Below are positions 27,079-35,986 of a stretch of DNA of 57,193 nucleotides, in pieces. This DNA comes from a virus (lineage: Duplodnaviria > Caudoviricetes): positions 1 to 57,193 of IMG/VR virus record IMGVR_UViG_3300035670_000250. One strand, written 5' to 3'. The notes beneath the pieces were generated by a model that saw only the letters and a program-made list of their open reading frames with translations, made no database searches and was not told the origin of the DNA. How positions within the stretch are numbered: the first letter of the stretch is position 1; every line of letters starts with the position of its first letter. Made by a program: the position numbers and the translations under genes.

Positions 27079-28857
27079 CTAAGTGAGATCTTCCTCTAGA
27101 CACCCTGTCGAATATCTGCAATCGTAAGTGCAGGTATCACTGTTGATGAAGTCACCTATAGATATTTTTCTAAAAGATGACCCACCGTTTTCGTAGAATA
27201 AAACTGCTAAATTCTTCGATTCTTCATTATTTAGTATATCATTCAACCAAGAAATTTGTTGTCCTGCGGTCCCACCATTATCAAAAGACAAATTCCATTC
27301 CAACCACCCCGAATCGGATTGTGTTGATCCAGGGGCAGATCCGCCATAAAAATCGTCTAATTGATTTTCATATATGTAGATTGTTGATCTCCCCAATGTC
27401 GTATTTGGGTGGTTGTATATAACCCAATAATCGGGAGTGAATCCAGCTGGGAGATCCGCGGTCAGACAAGTAGCACCAGCAGCAAAAGCAACTTCGGAAG
27501 AAATGGGATTTCCAGTAGCACAATCGGCAGTCCCACATATAATCAACGAGTCGTGGTCGAGTGGAGAATAACATTGTCCCTCGAACCATCTTCCTAAATT
27601 GTCATACGTCAAGAATGTATATGCGGCATAATTTCCTATTCTCTTGGTGGTTTTTCTTGGGATGTTTACAATACTGTTTCCATTTCCCTGTAGACACCTC
27701 TTTATAAGAGTTTCCGCGAATATTTCCGTTCCCGCCGGATGAAGAAGAGTTTTTACAAGTTCCTTGTATTTGTTTAAACTCAACTCGGATTTTATGACAT
27801 ATGAATAAGCTTGATACTTATTGTTGTCTTGCATTACCATGTCGGAACTTAGAAGACCCTTTGTTCCTATATAATAACTATTTGCGTTGAATATTGGTCC
27901 AAAATTCGCAGAAGCACCAAATCCAGTTCCCCCCGTAGCACCAAATTGATTTATTGGATTTGTTCCCGATATCCCGCAATTCGTTGAGTTTACATTTAGT
28001 CCTGGATCAGAAATGAATATTTCAAGAACTCTACCGATATATTGTTCCGAGCCTGGTGAAACTCTACTGACATATGCTTCCGGATAATATGTGTTTACTC
28101 TTGTGGATAATTCATTGAAATTTATTCGCTGATTCACATCATAACCAGTACCTTGATTGTTTATAGTTATACTAGATAAAACGGAATATATTTCTCCATA
28201 ATTCTGGCCCGAAAAATAATCGTATACATTTTTATTTACGGAGAAAGTGCCATATATTTCTTCTAGTGTCAACTCAACTACGTCATTTGTTCCTTTTCTA
28301 TAACTTATTTGATTTGTGACTCTTGCTTGAGCTAAAAGCTGAGATGTCGTGTCTGTGTCGTCTTGTCTCTGCGAAATTATTTTACCCAACAGGGAATTTT
28401 TTCCTGATGGCCTGATATACATCTTCTTTTCAGATACCCATCTCCCATCAGAAAGATTCAATATATAGTTTTTCGGGTAATAAATTTCAATATCGGAATT
28501 GTATAGTATTCTGAATAAAAACCTGTAGGATTTCTCGATTCCCTTTGCTTTGTAGAAACTCCTTATATTTTTTATCAGTTTTCTTGGATTTATTTTTTCC
28601 CCTGTTTGGGGATTTATCGCAAGTGAGATAGGGAACGAAGAGATATAAGTTTTTTGAAAGTCTTCTACGAAAAGTTCCAATGATTCGTCAATATCAAAAA
28701 TATTATCAACTTGATTCGTAATCCTTATCTTGTCCGTGTTGGAGTCCAGCCATTCATAATAAGCTTCCAAGAAAGAAACAAAAGTAGAGTGATCCTCCCT
28801 CACAAAGCTTGGGAGTTGATTCTTTATCAAACTTTTGATATTTACTCTTCGACTCAT
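27079..28857 (-). CDS. gp7: Baseplate wedge initiator
   Basis: QLPSFVREDH..FVSFLEAYYEW, FYKAKG..KSYRFLFRILY, QDNNKYQAYSYVIKS, LLHPAG; lies between gp6 and gp8. Confidence 0.85.
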   Translation of the reverse strand: MSRRVNIKSLIKNQLPSFVREDHSTFVSFLEAYYEWLDSNTDKIRITNQVDNIFDIDESLELFVEDFQKTYISSFPISLAINPQTGEKINPRKLIKNIRSFYKAKGIEKSYRFLFRILYNSDIEIYYPKNYILNLSDGRWVSEKKMYIRPSGKNSLLGKIISQRQDDTDTTSQLLAQARVTNQISYRKGTNDVVELTLEEIYGTFSVNKNVYDYFSGQNYGEIYSVLSSITINNQGTGYDVNQRINFNELSTRVNTYYPEAYVSRVSPGSEQYIGRVLEIFISDPGLNVNSTNCGISGTNPINQFGATGGTGFGASANFGPIFNANSYYIGTKGLLSSDMVMQDNNKYQAYSYVIKSELSLNKYKELVKTLLHPAGTEIFAETLIKRCLQGNGNSIVNIPRKTTKRIGNYAAYTFLTYDNLGRWFEGQCYSPLDHDSLIICGTADCATGNPISSEVAFAAGATCLTADLPAGFTPDYWVIYNHPNTTLGRSTIYIYENQLDDFYGGSAPGSTQSDSGWLEWNLSFDNGGTAGQQISWLNDILNNEESKNLAVLFYENGGSSFRKISIGDFINSDTCTYDCRYSTGCLEEDLT

Positions 28858-28858
28858 A

Positions 28859-30790
28859 TTAAATTCTCGAAGTTGTTATTGGGGTCATTGTTACAGATAC
28901 GTTTTCGGGATCTATTTCTAAAATTGTATTTCTCTTAGAAAATATGTCTTCGTCCAAAGGCCTTGCAAATACGGAAATTTCATAGGACTCCAAGGTTGAA
29001 GGGAGTAAGAAAGTTGTACTCTTTATGGTTATTTTTCCAGTTGTGTAATCTACGGTTCCATAACTGTCTATTATCACAGAATCGTCAGATTCTTGATATA
29101 GTGAAATTTTTCCTCTTCCGTTGTCCCTGAAGTAGGCTCTTACGGATGGAAGATTGGATGAGTTTTCTCCCTTGCCAAATGTATAGAAAGCCGATGAATT
29201 TACATAGTATGTTCCCGAGAGAATATCCAAAGCATTCTCAAAGGTTACTGAGTATGTGAATTTGCTGTTGAAAATCGGTGTGAATTTCTTATAGAAGGAA
29301 ACATCCACTGTACAACTTTTCAATGAAGTGTTTAGTTCCAATAGGTTGCTCACCATTTGACCAGAATAGAAATTCTTTTCAAAAGCTGAGAGATTGTCTA
29401 TTCCAAATGCTTTGACATATTCTATTGCTACATCCCTCAATTCAGAGGAAGAAATGGTCAGGGTGTTTGGGTCATATTTCAAATTTACGGTTGGGGTGAT
29501 AAAAATATATTCGGGGTCTTTTATCTGTGGAGTAACTGTAACCACATTTTTTTCAGAGAGTATGTTGTTTTCTAAATTTAATTTTTCTTGGGTGGTGAGG
29601 TATAAACCCACCAATGGTCTTACCGAGACAAATATTTTACCATATTCGGGGGGATCGTTGTCTTCTCCACCCCAAGCGTGTATGGATTTTATAGATCCCG
29701 AATAATTTTGTTGCAACAAAGCTATATAATCGTTGAGTGTCACCGCTCTGTCTTGTGTCTCATAGACCTTTGGTGCATAGTATTGTATCGACCTTCTAGA
29801 TTCTTTTTCTTGGCCACCGGCCGCGACAATTGGTTTGTTGTTGGAATTTCTTTTTACTCTGACCTCTCTGCTCAGTGAATATATGGTAGCTTGATTTCTG
29901 AGATAGGTGAATGAAGGGGAGGATGGTGGGTTATCCGCGACTCCTGCTCCGTTGCATTCTGTCCCCGAACAACTAGCATAAGTGACCAATATTACATTAC
30001 CATTTTCCACCTGTCTTCCTAATACTCCATCACCAAAGTACACTTCAAACTTTCCATCATACACTTCCTGCAAAAAGAATATTTTTGAATCAGAGTCGTT
30101 ATTGGTTATATTTGTGGATTTCTGCCAAGGTTCGGCGACACCTTCAGACTCGTTTATAGAACTTTTGATGTAAACCAAAACAGATCTATCGTCTAGGTTC
30201 AGATCCGACAGGATGAATCTTTGTCCATCTTCTCTTTGGTTTACTATGAATGTTTCCGTCTTTGGTTTGCCCTCACGAAGAACCACGTTTCTTGCTACGA
30301 CTATAGCATCCCCATTGGAATCTTGTCCCTCGTACGAAAAGTAATATGTTTCCGTTGCATAAAAAAAGTATGTTTTTCCGTTAAAAGAAGTGGAAAAAAG
30401 TTCATTTTTAAGTATTTTAATTGATTGTGAATTTACATCTGTGATGAATTGACTTTCAAAGGAAGGATTTTGTACATTTAAAAATACATCAACTGTTATT
30501 TCCGCTCCTCTTCTACTTCTAGGTGAGTAACCTAACGATTTTGAAAGTGAAACGGCGGAACTTCTCAAAACACAACTGTCTAAAAATGCTTCGTTTGAGA
30601 GCATATTTGCATAAAATCCCATATGATGGGTGTTATATGCGAGAACATCAAGAAGTATCGATAATCCAGACCCCTCGAAATCATAATCCTTGAACATGTC
30701 TTGATTGCTTAGGTAGGTTTTCAAGTCCTCCTTGATGGTATTGAAATCAAGACTCTCTATCGATTGCAATGTTTTGTTTGAAAGTGCCAT
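28859..30790 (-). CDS. gp6: Baseplate wedge protein
   Basis: LDFNTIKEDLKTYL, FKDYDFEGSGLSILLDVLAYNTHH, FGDGVLG, QDRAVTLNDY, WGGEDNDPPEYGKIF. Confidence 0.96.
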   Translation of the reverse strand: MALSNKTLQSIESLDFNTIKEDLKTYLSNQDMFKDYDFEGSGLSILLDVLAYNTHHMGFYANMLSNEAFLDSCVLRSSAVSLSKSLGYSPRSRRGAEITVDVFLNVQNPSFESQFITDVNSQSIKILKNELFSTSFNGKTYFFYATETYYFSYEGQDSNGDAIVVARNVVLREGKPKTETFIVNQREDGQRFILSDLNLDDRSVLVYIKSSINESEGVAEPWQKSTNITNNDSDSKIFFLQEVYDGKFEVYFGDGVLGRQVENGNVILVTYASCSGTECNGAGVADNPPSSPSFTYLRNQATIYSLSREVRVKRNSNNKPIVAAGGQEKESRRSIQYYAPKVYETQDRAVTLNDYIALLQQNYSGSIKSIHAWGGEDNDPPEYGKIFVSVRPLVGLYLTTQEKLNLENNILSEKNVVTVTPQIKDPEYIFITPTVNLKYDPNTLTISSSELRDVAIEYVKAFGIDNLSAFEKNFYSGQMVSNLLELNTSLKSCTVDVSFYKKFTPIFNSKFTYSVTFENALDILSGTYYVNSSAFYTFGKGENSSNLPSVRAYFRDNGRGKISLYQESDDSVIIDSYGTVDYTTGKITIKSTTFLLPSTLESYEISVFARPLDEDIFSKRNTILEIDPENVSVTMTPITTSRI

Positions 30791-30791
30791 G

Positions 30792-31181
30792 TTATCTTAC
30801 CCTTTGAAGATCGACTTCCAGTGTTTGGACTATCGGAAGATTTCTTACTCTGAAGTATATTCTAATGCGAACATTATTGTTGTCTTCTTGGTTTACAACT
30901 TCAACTGATATTTCGTGAAGTCTCGGTTCGTTGTTTACCAAAAGTTCCTCTATTCTATTTGCCAATGTCACCAATTGAATTGAACCAAAGTTTTCAAAAA
31001 GAAGATTTCTGATTCCCGCTTCTATTTCGGGTTGAAATAATCTTTCATTCCTCCCCGTCAGTAATAAATTCCTCATGGATCTCTTTACTGCTTCGGCATC
31101 ATATTTCAGTGAAACATCATTGGTTATTGGGTTTCTAGTAAAGTCCAAGTCCAAGTCGGAATATTTTTGGTTCGTTGCCAA
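30792..31181 (-). CDS. gp25: Baseplate wedge / sheath initiator (TTG start)
   Basis: YSDLDLDF..NP.TND, AVKRSMRNLLLT...ERLFQPE, LLFE, EPR. Confidence 0.94.
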   Translation of the reverse strand: MATNQKYSDLDLDFTRNPITNDVSLKYDAEAVKRSMRNLLLTGRNERLFQPEIEAGIRNLLFENFGSIQLVTLANRIEELLVNNEPRLHEISVEVVNQEDNNNVRIRIYFRVRNLPIVQTLEVDLQRVR

Positions 31182-31183
31182 GA

Positions 31184-31843
31184 TCAGTTCTCCTTACTTA
31201 TTTCAAATTCTATTTGGGAGCGAACCAAAGTGAATATGGATTCGAAATCATTTACATACGTTATTTCAGAACCACCATTCCATTCGACCTCTATGAAACC
31301 TATGATCAGATCATTTTTGTATATCGGAAGAATCGCAAACTTTTCAACTTCTGTAGATTTATAGAAGTTTTTACTCTTGCTTTCGATCATCAAATCCGAA
31401 ACACTTCTAACTCTCGGATCGTTTTCTTTAACCGCCATAATCTTGTCGTGAAATATCGTGATCATGCAGTTTTGAAGTTTTTCAGATTCGTTTGAAACTC
31501 CCTTGGATGTTGTTTCGTGGGTGGAACTGAATTTTTTCATCGGAGTTCCCGATAAGAATTTTCCTCCGTTGTGAAACTGGCAAAATCGAACTCTATCCGC
31601 AGACGATTTAATTCTAAGATACATTAAACGATCGTATATATGAAAATTCCTGTCTCTATCATCAAATATTAATAGGTGTTCTTTTATTTTATTTTGTCTA
31701 TCTAAGAAATTTTTTCTCTTTAGTGCTAACCATGCCGCTGCGAATGCAGACACAACAGCTGTTCCTATAAGAACCCCATACTCAAAAAAAGTATTCACTT
31801 CGTAGGGGGTTATTCGCCCGTCTCCAAAACTTTGTTCTAGCAA
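31184..31843 (-). CDS. Single-TM protein with GAF-like soluble domain (putative T-type holin)
   Basis: N-terminal TM GVLIGTAVVSAFAAAWLAL; ADRV...QFHNGG and AILPIYKNDLIIGFIEVEW are GAF-like; 219 aa, similar in size and topology to T4 holin T. Confidence 0.5.
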   Translation of the reverse strand: MLEQSFGDGRITPYEVNTFFEYGVLIGTAVVSAFAAAWLALKRKNFLDRQNKIKEHLLIFDDRDRNFHIYDRLMYLRIKSSADRVRFCQFHNGGKFLSGTPMKKFSSTHETTSKGVSNESEKLQNCMITIFHDKIMAVKENDPRVRSVSDLMIESKSKNFYKSTEVEKFAILPIYKNDLIIGFIEVEWNGGSEITYVNDFESIFTLVRSQIEFEISKEN

Positions 31844-31844
31844 A

Positions 31845-32144
31845 TCAACCTCCTCCAGATACGTCTAGACTTCCAGTGGAGCATAGTGAACCGCAGGCAA
31901 TCGGGTCTCCGACTCTCGCAGCTGGTATTCCGTCCACGAAAACAGAAGAAGAACCTCTCGCAACAAATGAACCGTGACAAGCTGGATTTCTCCCACACGG
32001 TTTGCAGTGGACTGCGTATCTATCACCTTGTCTGACAACACCTCTCCCATTCAAAAAAACGGTTTTTGAAGAAGTTATCGCAGGTCTTGGGGGCCAACAA
32101 CCATGTCCAGTACAAATATCATTTTCTCTTATGATAGCTGGCAT
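31845..32144 (-). CDS. PAAR spike-tip protein (gp5.4-like)
   Basis: MPAIIRENDICTGH, VFLNGRGVVRQGD, VFVDGIPAARVGDPIACG; start moved to the MPA methionine. Confidence 0.92.
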   Translation of the reverse strand: MPAIIRENDICTGHGCWPPRPAITSSKTVFLNGRGVVRQGDRYAVHCKPCGRNPACHGSFVARGSSSVFVDGIPAARVGDPIACGSLCSTGSLDVSGGG

Positions 32145-32177
32145 GAATCTTCTTCTCCGAAGTGACAATCTATACTT

Positions 32178-32185
32178 TATTTATA
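32178..32185 (-). promoter_or_regulatory. T4 late promoter TATAAATA upstream of the PAAR gene
   Basis: Exact TATTTATA on the + strand in the intergenic gap. Confidence 0.8.
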
Positions 32186-32190
32186 AAGAT

Positions 32191-32787
32191 TTAAATATAG
32201 TTTTGACTTTGGAGATAAGAGTAGTATTGCTCATTCGTGGCTGGTCTTCCCTCTACGAAAAAGTCCGTTTCGATCGCTTTGGGGCCGACTATCAGGGATT
32301 TTCTCTTGGTGTCCCAATTGATGGAAATGTCCATGTAAAAATTTCCATCAACAAATTCTTCGGGATTGTCCTCGAAGTAAGCTTTGAAGTAAAAGGTGAC
32401 TCTTCTTGGATTCGGTCTTTTTGCGATGGGTAAGTATGAGAGGGGACCATCCGCTTTGAAGGGAACTGACGTATCCCTTGTTGATAAGTACCCATCTATG
32501 TCATTTATCGTGCCGGATAGAACACCAGTATCATTATCGAAATTCAAACCAAATCTTCTCTCCTTTTCCCCAATGGAAGATTCGTATTTGATTATTCTAG
32601 GCGGACAAACGACCAGCACTGACGGGATAATTGGTCCGTAACTTGCTTTTATGGGTATGTTGAACTGTTGTCCTTCCAAGTAAGGACCGACTGGAATTTC
32701 GACGTAATTCACGCCAGACAAAAAAGACGCATTGTTTAAATTGAAAGATCTTGTCCAATATAAGTCGCAAGTTATGATCTCAGACAT
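32191..32787 (-). CDS. Hypothetical structural protein with possible Ig-like (He_PIG-type) segment
   Basis: GLNFDNDTGVLSGTI resembles the Ig-like motif GL.ld..TG.isGT; position next to PAAR is gp5.1-like. Confidence 0.5.
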   Translation of the reverse strand: MSEIITCDLYWTRSFNLNNASFLSGVNYVEIPVGPYLEGQQFNIPIKASYGPIIPSVLVVCPPRIIKYESSIGEKERRFGLNFDNDTGVLSGTINDIDGYLSTRDTSVPFKADGPLSYLPIAKRPNPRRVTFYFKAYFEDNPEEFVDGNFYMDISINWDTKRKSLIVGPKAIETDFFVEGRPATNEQYYSYLQSQNYI

Positions 32788-32788
32788 C

Positions 32789-33112
32789 TTATCTCTCTAT
32801 AGTCCCTATTTCACTGTCCCCGTGGTATATTTTTATGAGAGTGATGTTTTGTTCCAAGAACTTAAAGAATGCGTTTTTCTTTTCGGGGTGGTTTTTGTAG
32901 TATTTTGGCAAGTTGGTGTACAACACTCTCAATTGTTGTGCCATTGCTTGACGGCAAGAAGGGCATTGCTCTTCCAATAATTTGTATCCGATCAAGACTA
33001 TGTTCCCAGCGAGTCCAACATCGGAGGGTTTCATGGAGTCCTGATACACCATGATGTGGTTGAAAAATTCTGTTTCGTTTTTGAACATCAATTCATTCTG
33101 TTCTTCACTCAT
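32789..33112 (-). CDS. Hypothetical soluble CxxC protein
   Basis: Co-oriented ORF; EQCPSCRQ followed by an amphipathic helix. Confidence 0.6.
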   Translation of the reverse strand: MSEEQNELMFKNETEFFNHIMVYQDSMKPSDVGLAGNIVLIGYKLLEEQCPSCRQAMAQQLRVLYTNLPKYYKNHPEKKNAFFKFLEQNITLIKIYHGDSEIGTIER

Positions 33113-33124
33113 TTTGTCGTCTCC

Positions 33125-33484
33125 TCATTCTGAATTATTTATGTAGTCAAAAGTTTTTTTGATTCCAAAATAAGAAAGTAGAGAACCAAAATAAACTAGA
33201 GGGAAGAATTGCCATTGCGAGAAAGCAAACGTGGTCCCAAGTGAAGTCCAAAATCCTAGGCAATATGGACAGGAAATCAACTTGACTAGGAAGTTGTTGT
33301 ATTGTATCGGAAGGAATTCTTGATATGAACAGTGTCCATAGTATTCCTTGTTCTTGTCGTAATCTTGAAAACCTAGAATCTTTGACAAGATTGGAATTCT
33401 ATGAAGATACTCGTAGAACACGTTTGTTTCAAACCAAAGGAACAATATGAGCAAAGACCATAATATAGATAAAAGTTCAGTCAT
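33125..33484 (-). CDS. Membrane protein with CPYC motif (DUF1360-like)
   Basis: Hydrophobic helices; LISCPYCLGFWTSL matches the DUF1360-type L.sCp.C.g.W pattern. Confidence 0.65.
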   Translation of the reverse strand: MTELLSILWSLLILFLWFETNVFYEYLHRIPILSKILGFQDYDKNKEYYGHCSYQEFLPIQYNNFLVKLISCPYCLGFWTSLGTTFAFSQWQFFPLVYFGSLLSYFGIKKTFDYINNSE

Positions 33485-33491
33485 AATTTAA

Positions 33492-35063
33492 TTATCCTTT
33501 GGTTTGGAATGATGGTTGTATGCCTATAGAAGATATTCCCGTTGCAGCTGAATCAAAGCCCGTTTGGTTGTTTAATCCAAAGACAATCGGTATCATGTTT
33601 TTAGCACAACAACAACTTGTTTCCACTGGTGAGTGTGTTGTGAATCCTGAAGGTCCACACATCGGACAATCGTAGTCGAAAGCTCCTTCTGGGACGGGCG
33701 GACAGCATAGATTCATTGGATAAAACCAACCACAAGAAGTTCCACCTATAATTGAATAATCTATAGTAGTAGTCCCCAAATTGTGATCATATATTTTGCC
33801 TGTATTTACTCCGTAATCTCTCGTAAAGTAATTTAATATTCCAACCACATTTGACCAATTTCTAGTGGACGCATTTTCCCCAAATGTTACGTTTATTATA
33901 TCTCCTATTTCATAAATCGCACTCACACCAGTTGGGCCACAAGAAACGTACCATTCTTCAGCGGGCCCAGTAAAGGATTCGTCTTGTCCACCAATGGTGG
34001 AAACAAAACTAGAATATCCTCTAAATGAGTCATTGTAATATCTTCCATAATTCTGAATGAACCAGTCCAATTCCTTGCATATCTTGTCTACACAATCAGT
34101 AGAAGCACAAACGTCATTGTATCCGTCTGCACAACTAGCACCGTTCCATGAACCATTGATGCAAGGTTCTGTTGTTGTTATGCCAGGAGCAAAGAAGCAA
34201 TTACCGGAGGAACCTTCTGCCCAATCTTCACTATAGCAAGTGAGAGTATATGGACATTCACATGTGCTACTAGCAATTGCAAGTCCTTCAAAATAACAAA
34301 CATCACCCCCAGAATCTCCATATTCCTCGCAATACTCACATGGACCAACTAAATCTCCATCTGGAGTTGGTATCAGGGGGAATTCGGGGAAGGGTGGTGG
34401 CCAACAACTCACTCCGATGTCAGAACATGGGTCGGGTTGAACCTGAAAAGTCGCCACGTTGCACACTTCAGTTCCACTTTCGTTGTATGTTTTGTAGTAA
34501 ACACTAACAGTAGTGTTTTGATATTCTATCTGTTCGCCAATTTGTTTCGAGATGAATAAAAATTTACACGGATCTATTTCATCTGTGAAATTCAGTCCTA
34601 TGGTTTCTATTGGAAAAATCTTAAAACAAGTTTCTCCATAACTTTCTTCGGATTTGGTGTAACCCTGTGGACACTGGCAATCGTTTTCGTGCCAATTTGC
34701 GTCGAGTGTGCAGAAAGGACTTATCGTCGGGACTATTCCAATGTTGTCAAAGGAATTTTCTATTATATAAACATCGCTGCCTGTTAAACTACCAACTATT
34801 TCATCACATGCAACACCAACAGTGGGAGTTGCTTCATCTGGCGCAGAAAGACCAGAGCAAAATTCATTATTTAGGCAAATATAATTGAGGTCAACTATTG
34901 ATTGCCACCCCTCAAAGCCTAAACAACTTTTTGCATATGCAAAAAACACATCGTCTTTCACCCACCCATTGATGAATGAAACAACAAACGACTTGTCGGT
35001 GATTCCATAGAAATCACAGTTTGCAGATTTTCTGATCGTTACTCTAGAATTTCCAAAATACAT
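33492..35063 (-). CDS. Cys-rich acidic hypothetical protein (523 aa, 34 Cys by hand count)
   Basis: CQCPQGY, CECP, CCPP, CCC motifs; co-oriented within the fibre island. Confidence 0.65.
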   Translation of the reverse strand: MYFGNSRVTIRKSANCDFYGITDKSFVVSFINGWVKDDVFFAYAKSCLGFEGWQSIVDLNYICLNNEFCSGLSAPDEATPTVGVACDEIVGSLTGSDVYIIENSFDNIGIVPTISPFCTLDANWHENDCQCPQGYTKSEESYGETCFKIFPIETIGLNFTDEIDPCKFLFISKQIGEQIEYQNTTVSVYYKTYNESGTEVCNVATFQVQPDPCSDIGVSCWPPPFPEFPLIPTPDGDLVGPCEYCEEYGDSGGDVCYFEGLAIASSTCECPYTLTCYSEDWAEGSSGNCFFAPGITTTEPCINGSWNGASCADGYNDVCASTDCVDKICKELDWFIQNYGRYYNDSFRGYSSFVSTIGGQDESFTGPAEEWYVSCGPTGVSAIYEIGDIINVTFGENASTRNWSNVVGILNYFTRDYGVNTGKIYDHNLGTTTIDYSIIGGTSCGWFYPMNLCCPPVPEGAFDYDCPMCGPSGFTTHSPVETSCCCAKNMIPIVFGLNNQTGFDSAATGISSIGIQPSFQTKG

Positions 35064-35066
35064 ATA

Positions 35067-35957
35067 TCACCTACTTGTCTTGAAGTCTTTTTGTGCGTTG
35101 CCGTAGATTCTTGTTCCGTCTGCAAAGAAATATAAAATGTCAAACTTCTTCGGAGAAGTTCTGGGATATATCTTCGCATCCGATCCTGTGGTCACTCCGA
35201 ATGGTCCCTCTGCCCAATAGATTCCTTGGTTTCCTGGGAATACTATGGTGCTTGTGCTTTCTCCCGTATAACCAAGAACCAAAGTCATGCTTGCTCCAGT
35301 TCTTGATCCGGTAAAACCACCAAACGTCAATGTCTTGTTTGATCCCAAAGCAATGTTGTCTACCACATAGATGTTTCTTGTTCCAAATGGAACTGATATG
35401 GTTGTGTTATCCGATATGACAGCACTGTTACCCGTGGTACTTTCTGTATAGTAAACAAAGTTGCCACTGAATCCTCTTTGGTTGTTTATGTTGTTTACTG
35501 TGACTATTCTTGCTTCTGCAATCCCCGAGAGGGATGAAGAATCGGCGAATTGAATTGAGCCTTCTGGCCCTTCGGGATTGGCGCCTCCACCGGCTCCTCC
35601 TGTGATGTTTATTCTTACTTCGCCCTCTCCACCAAGTCCTACAACAGATAGGGAAATAGAACCATCAGAAGAAGTGAATCCAAGAAGAGTTGTGTCGGGG
35701 AAGGAAGTGGAGTTTACTTGAACTTCCAATGCATTCGCAGGCCCTTGTCTGCCTTGATTTCCCTGAAATCCTTGGGCGCCTTGGAACCCTTGAAAGCCTC
35801 GATCTCCGGCTGCTCCCTCTGCACCAGATGTTATCGTAAATCCTTGAGAAATCCAAGCACTAGCGCCATTGTCCCAAGTCCAATTTTGGGTTATTCCATT
35901 ATAGGTGTATTGATAGGTTGGTGTTAATCCGGGATCTATTGGAAAATCTATAGGCAT
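35067..35957 (-). CDS. Short fibre-like protein with short collagen stretch
   Basis: FPIDP...YTYNG....WTWD....W N-terminal motif; GFQ triplets; C-terminal domain paralogous to 15395-17266. Confidence 0.75.
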   Translation of the reverse strand: MPIDFPIDPGLTPTYQYTYNGITQNWTWDNGASAWISQGFTITSGAEGAAGDRGFQGFQGAQGFQGNQGRQGPANALEVQVNSTSFPDTTLLGFTSSDGSISLSVVGLGGEGEVRINITGGAGGGANPEGPEGSIQFADSSSLSGIAEARIVTVNNINNQRGFSGNFVYYTESTTGNSAVISDNTTISVPFGTRNIYVVDNIALGSNKTLTFGGFTGSRTGASMTLVLGYTGESTSTIVFPGNQGIYWAEGPFGVTTGSDAKIYPRTSPKKFDILYFFADGTRIYGNAQKDFKTSR

Positions 35958-35986
35958 TTTTATTCCTCTTTTCTATTTCTTATTTA

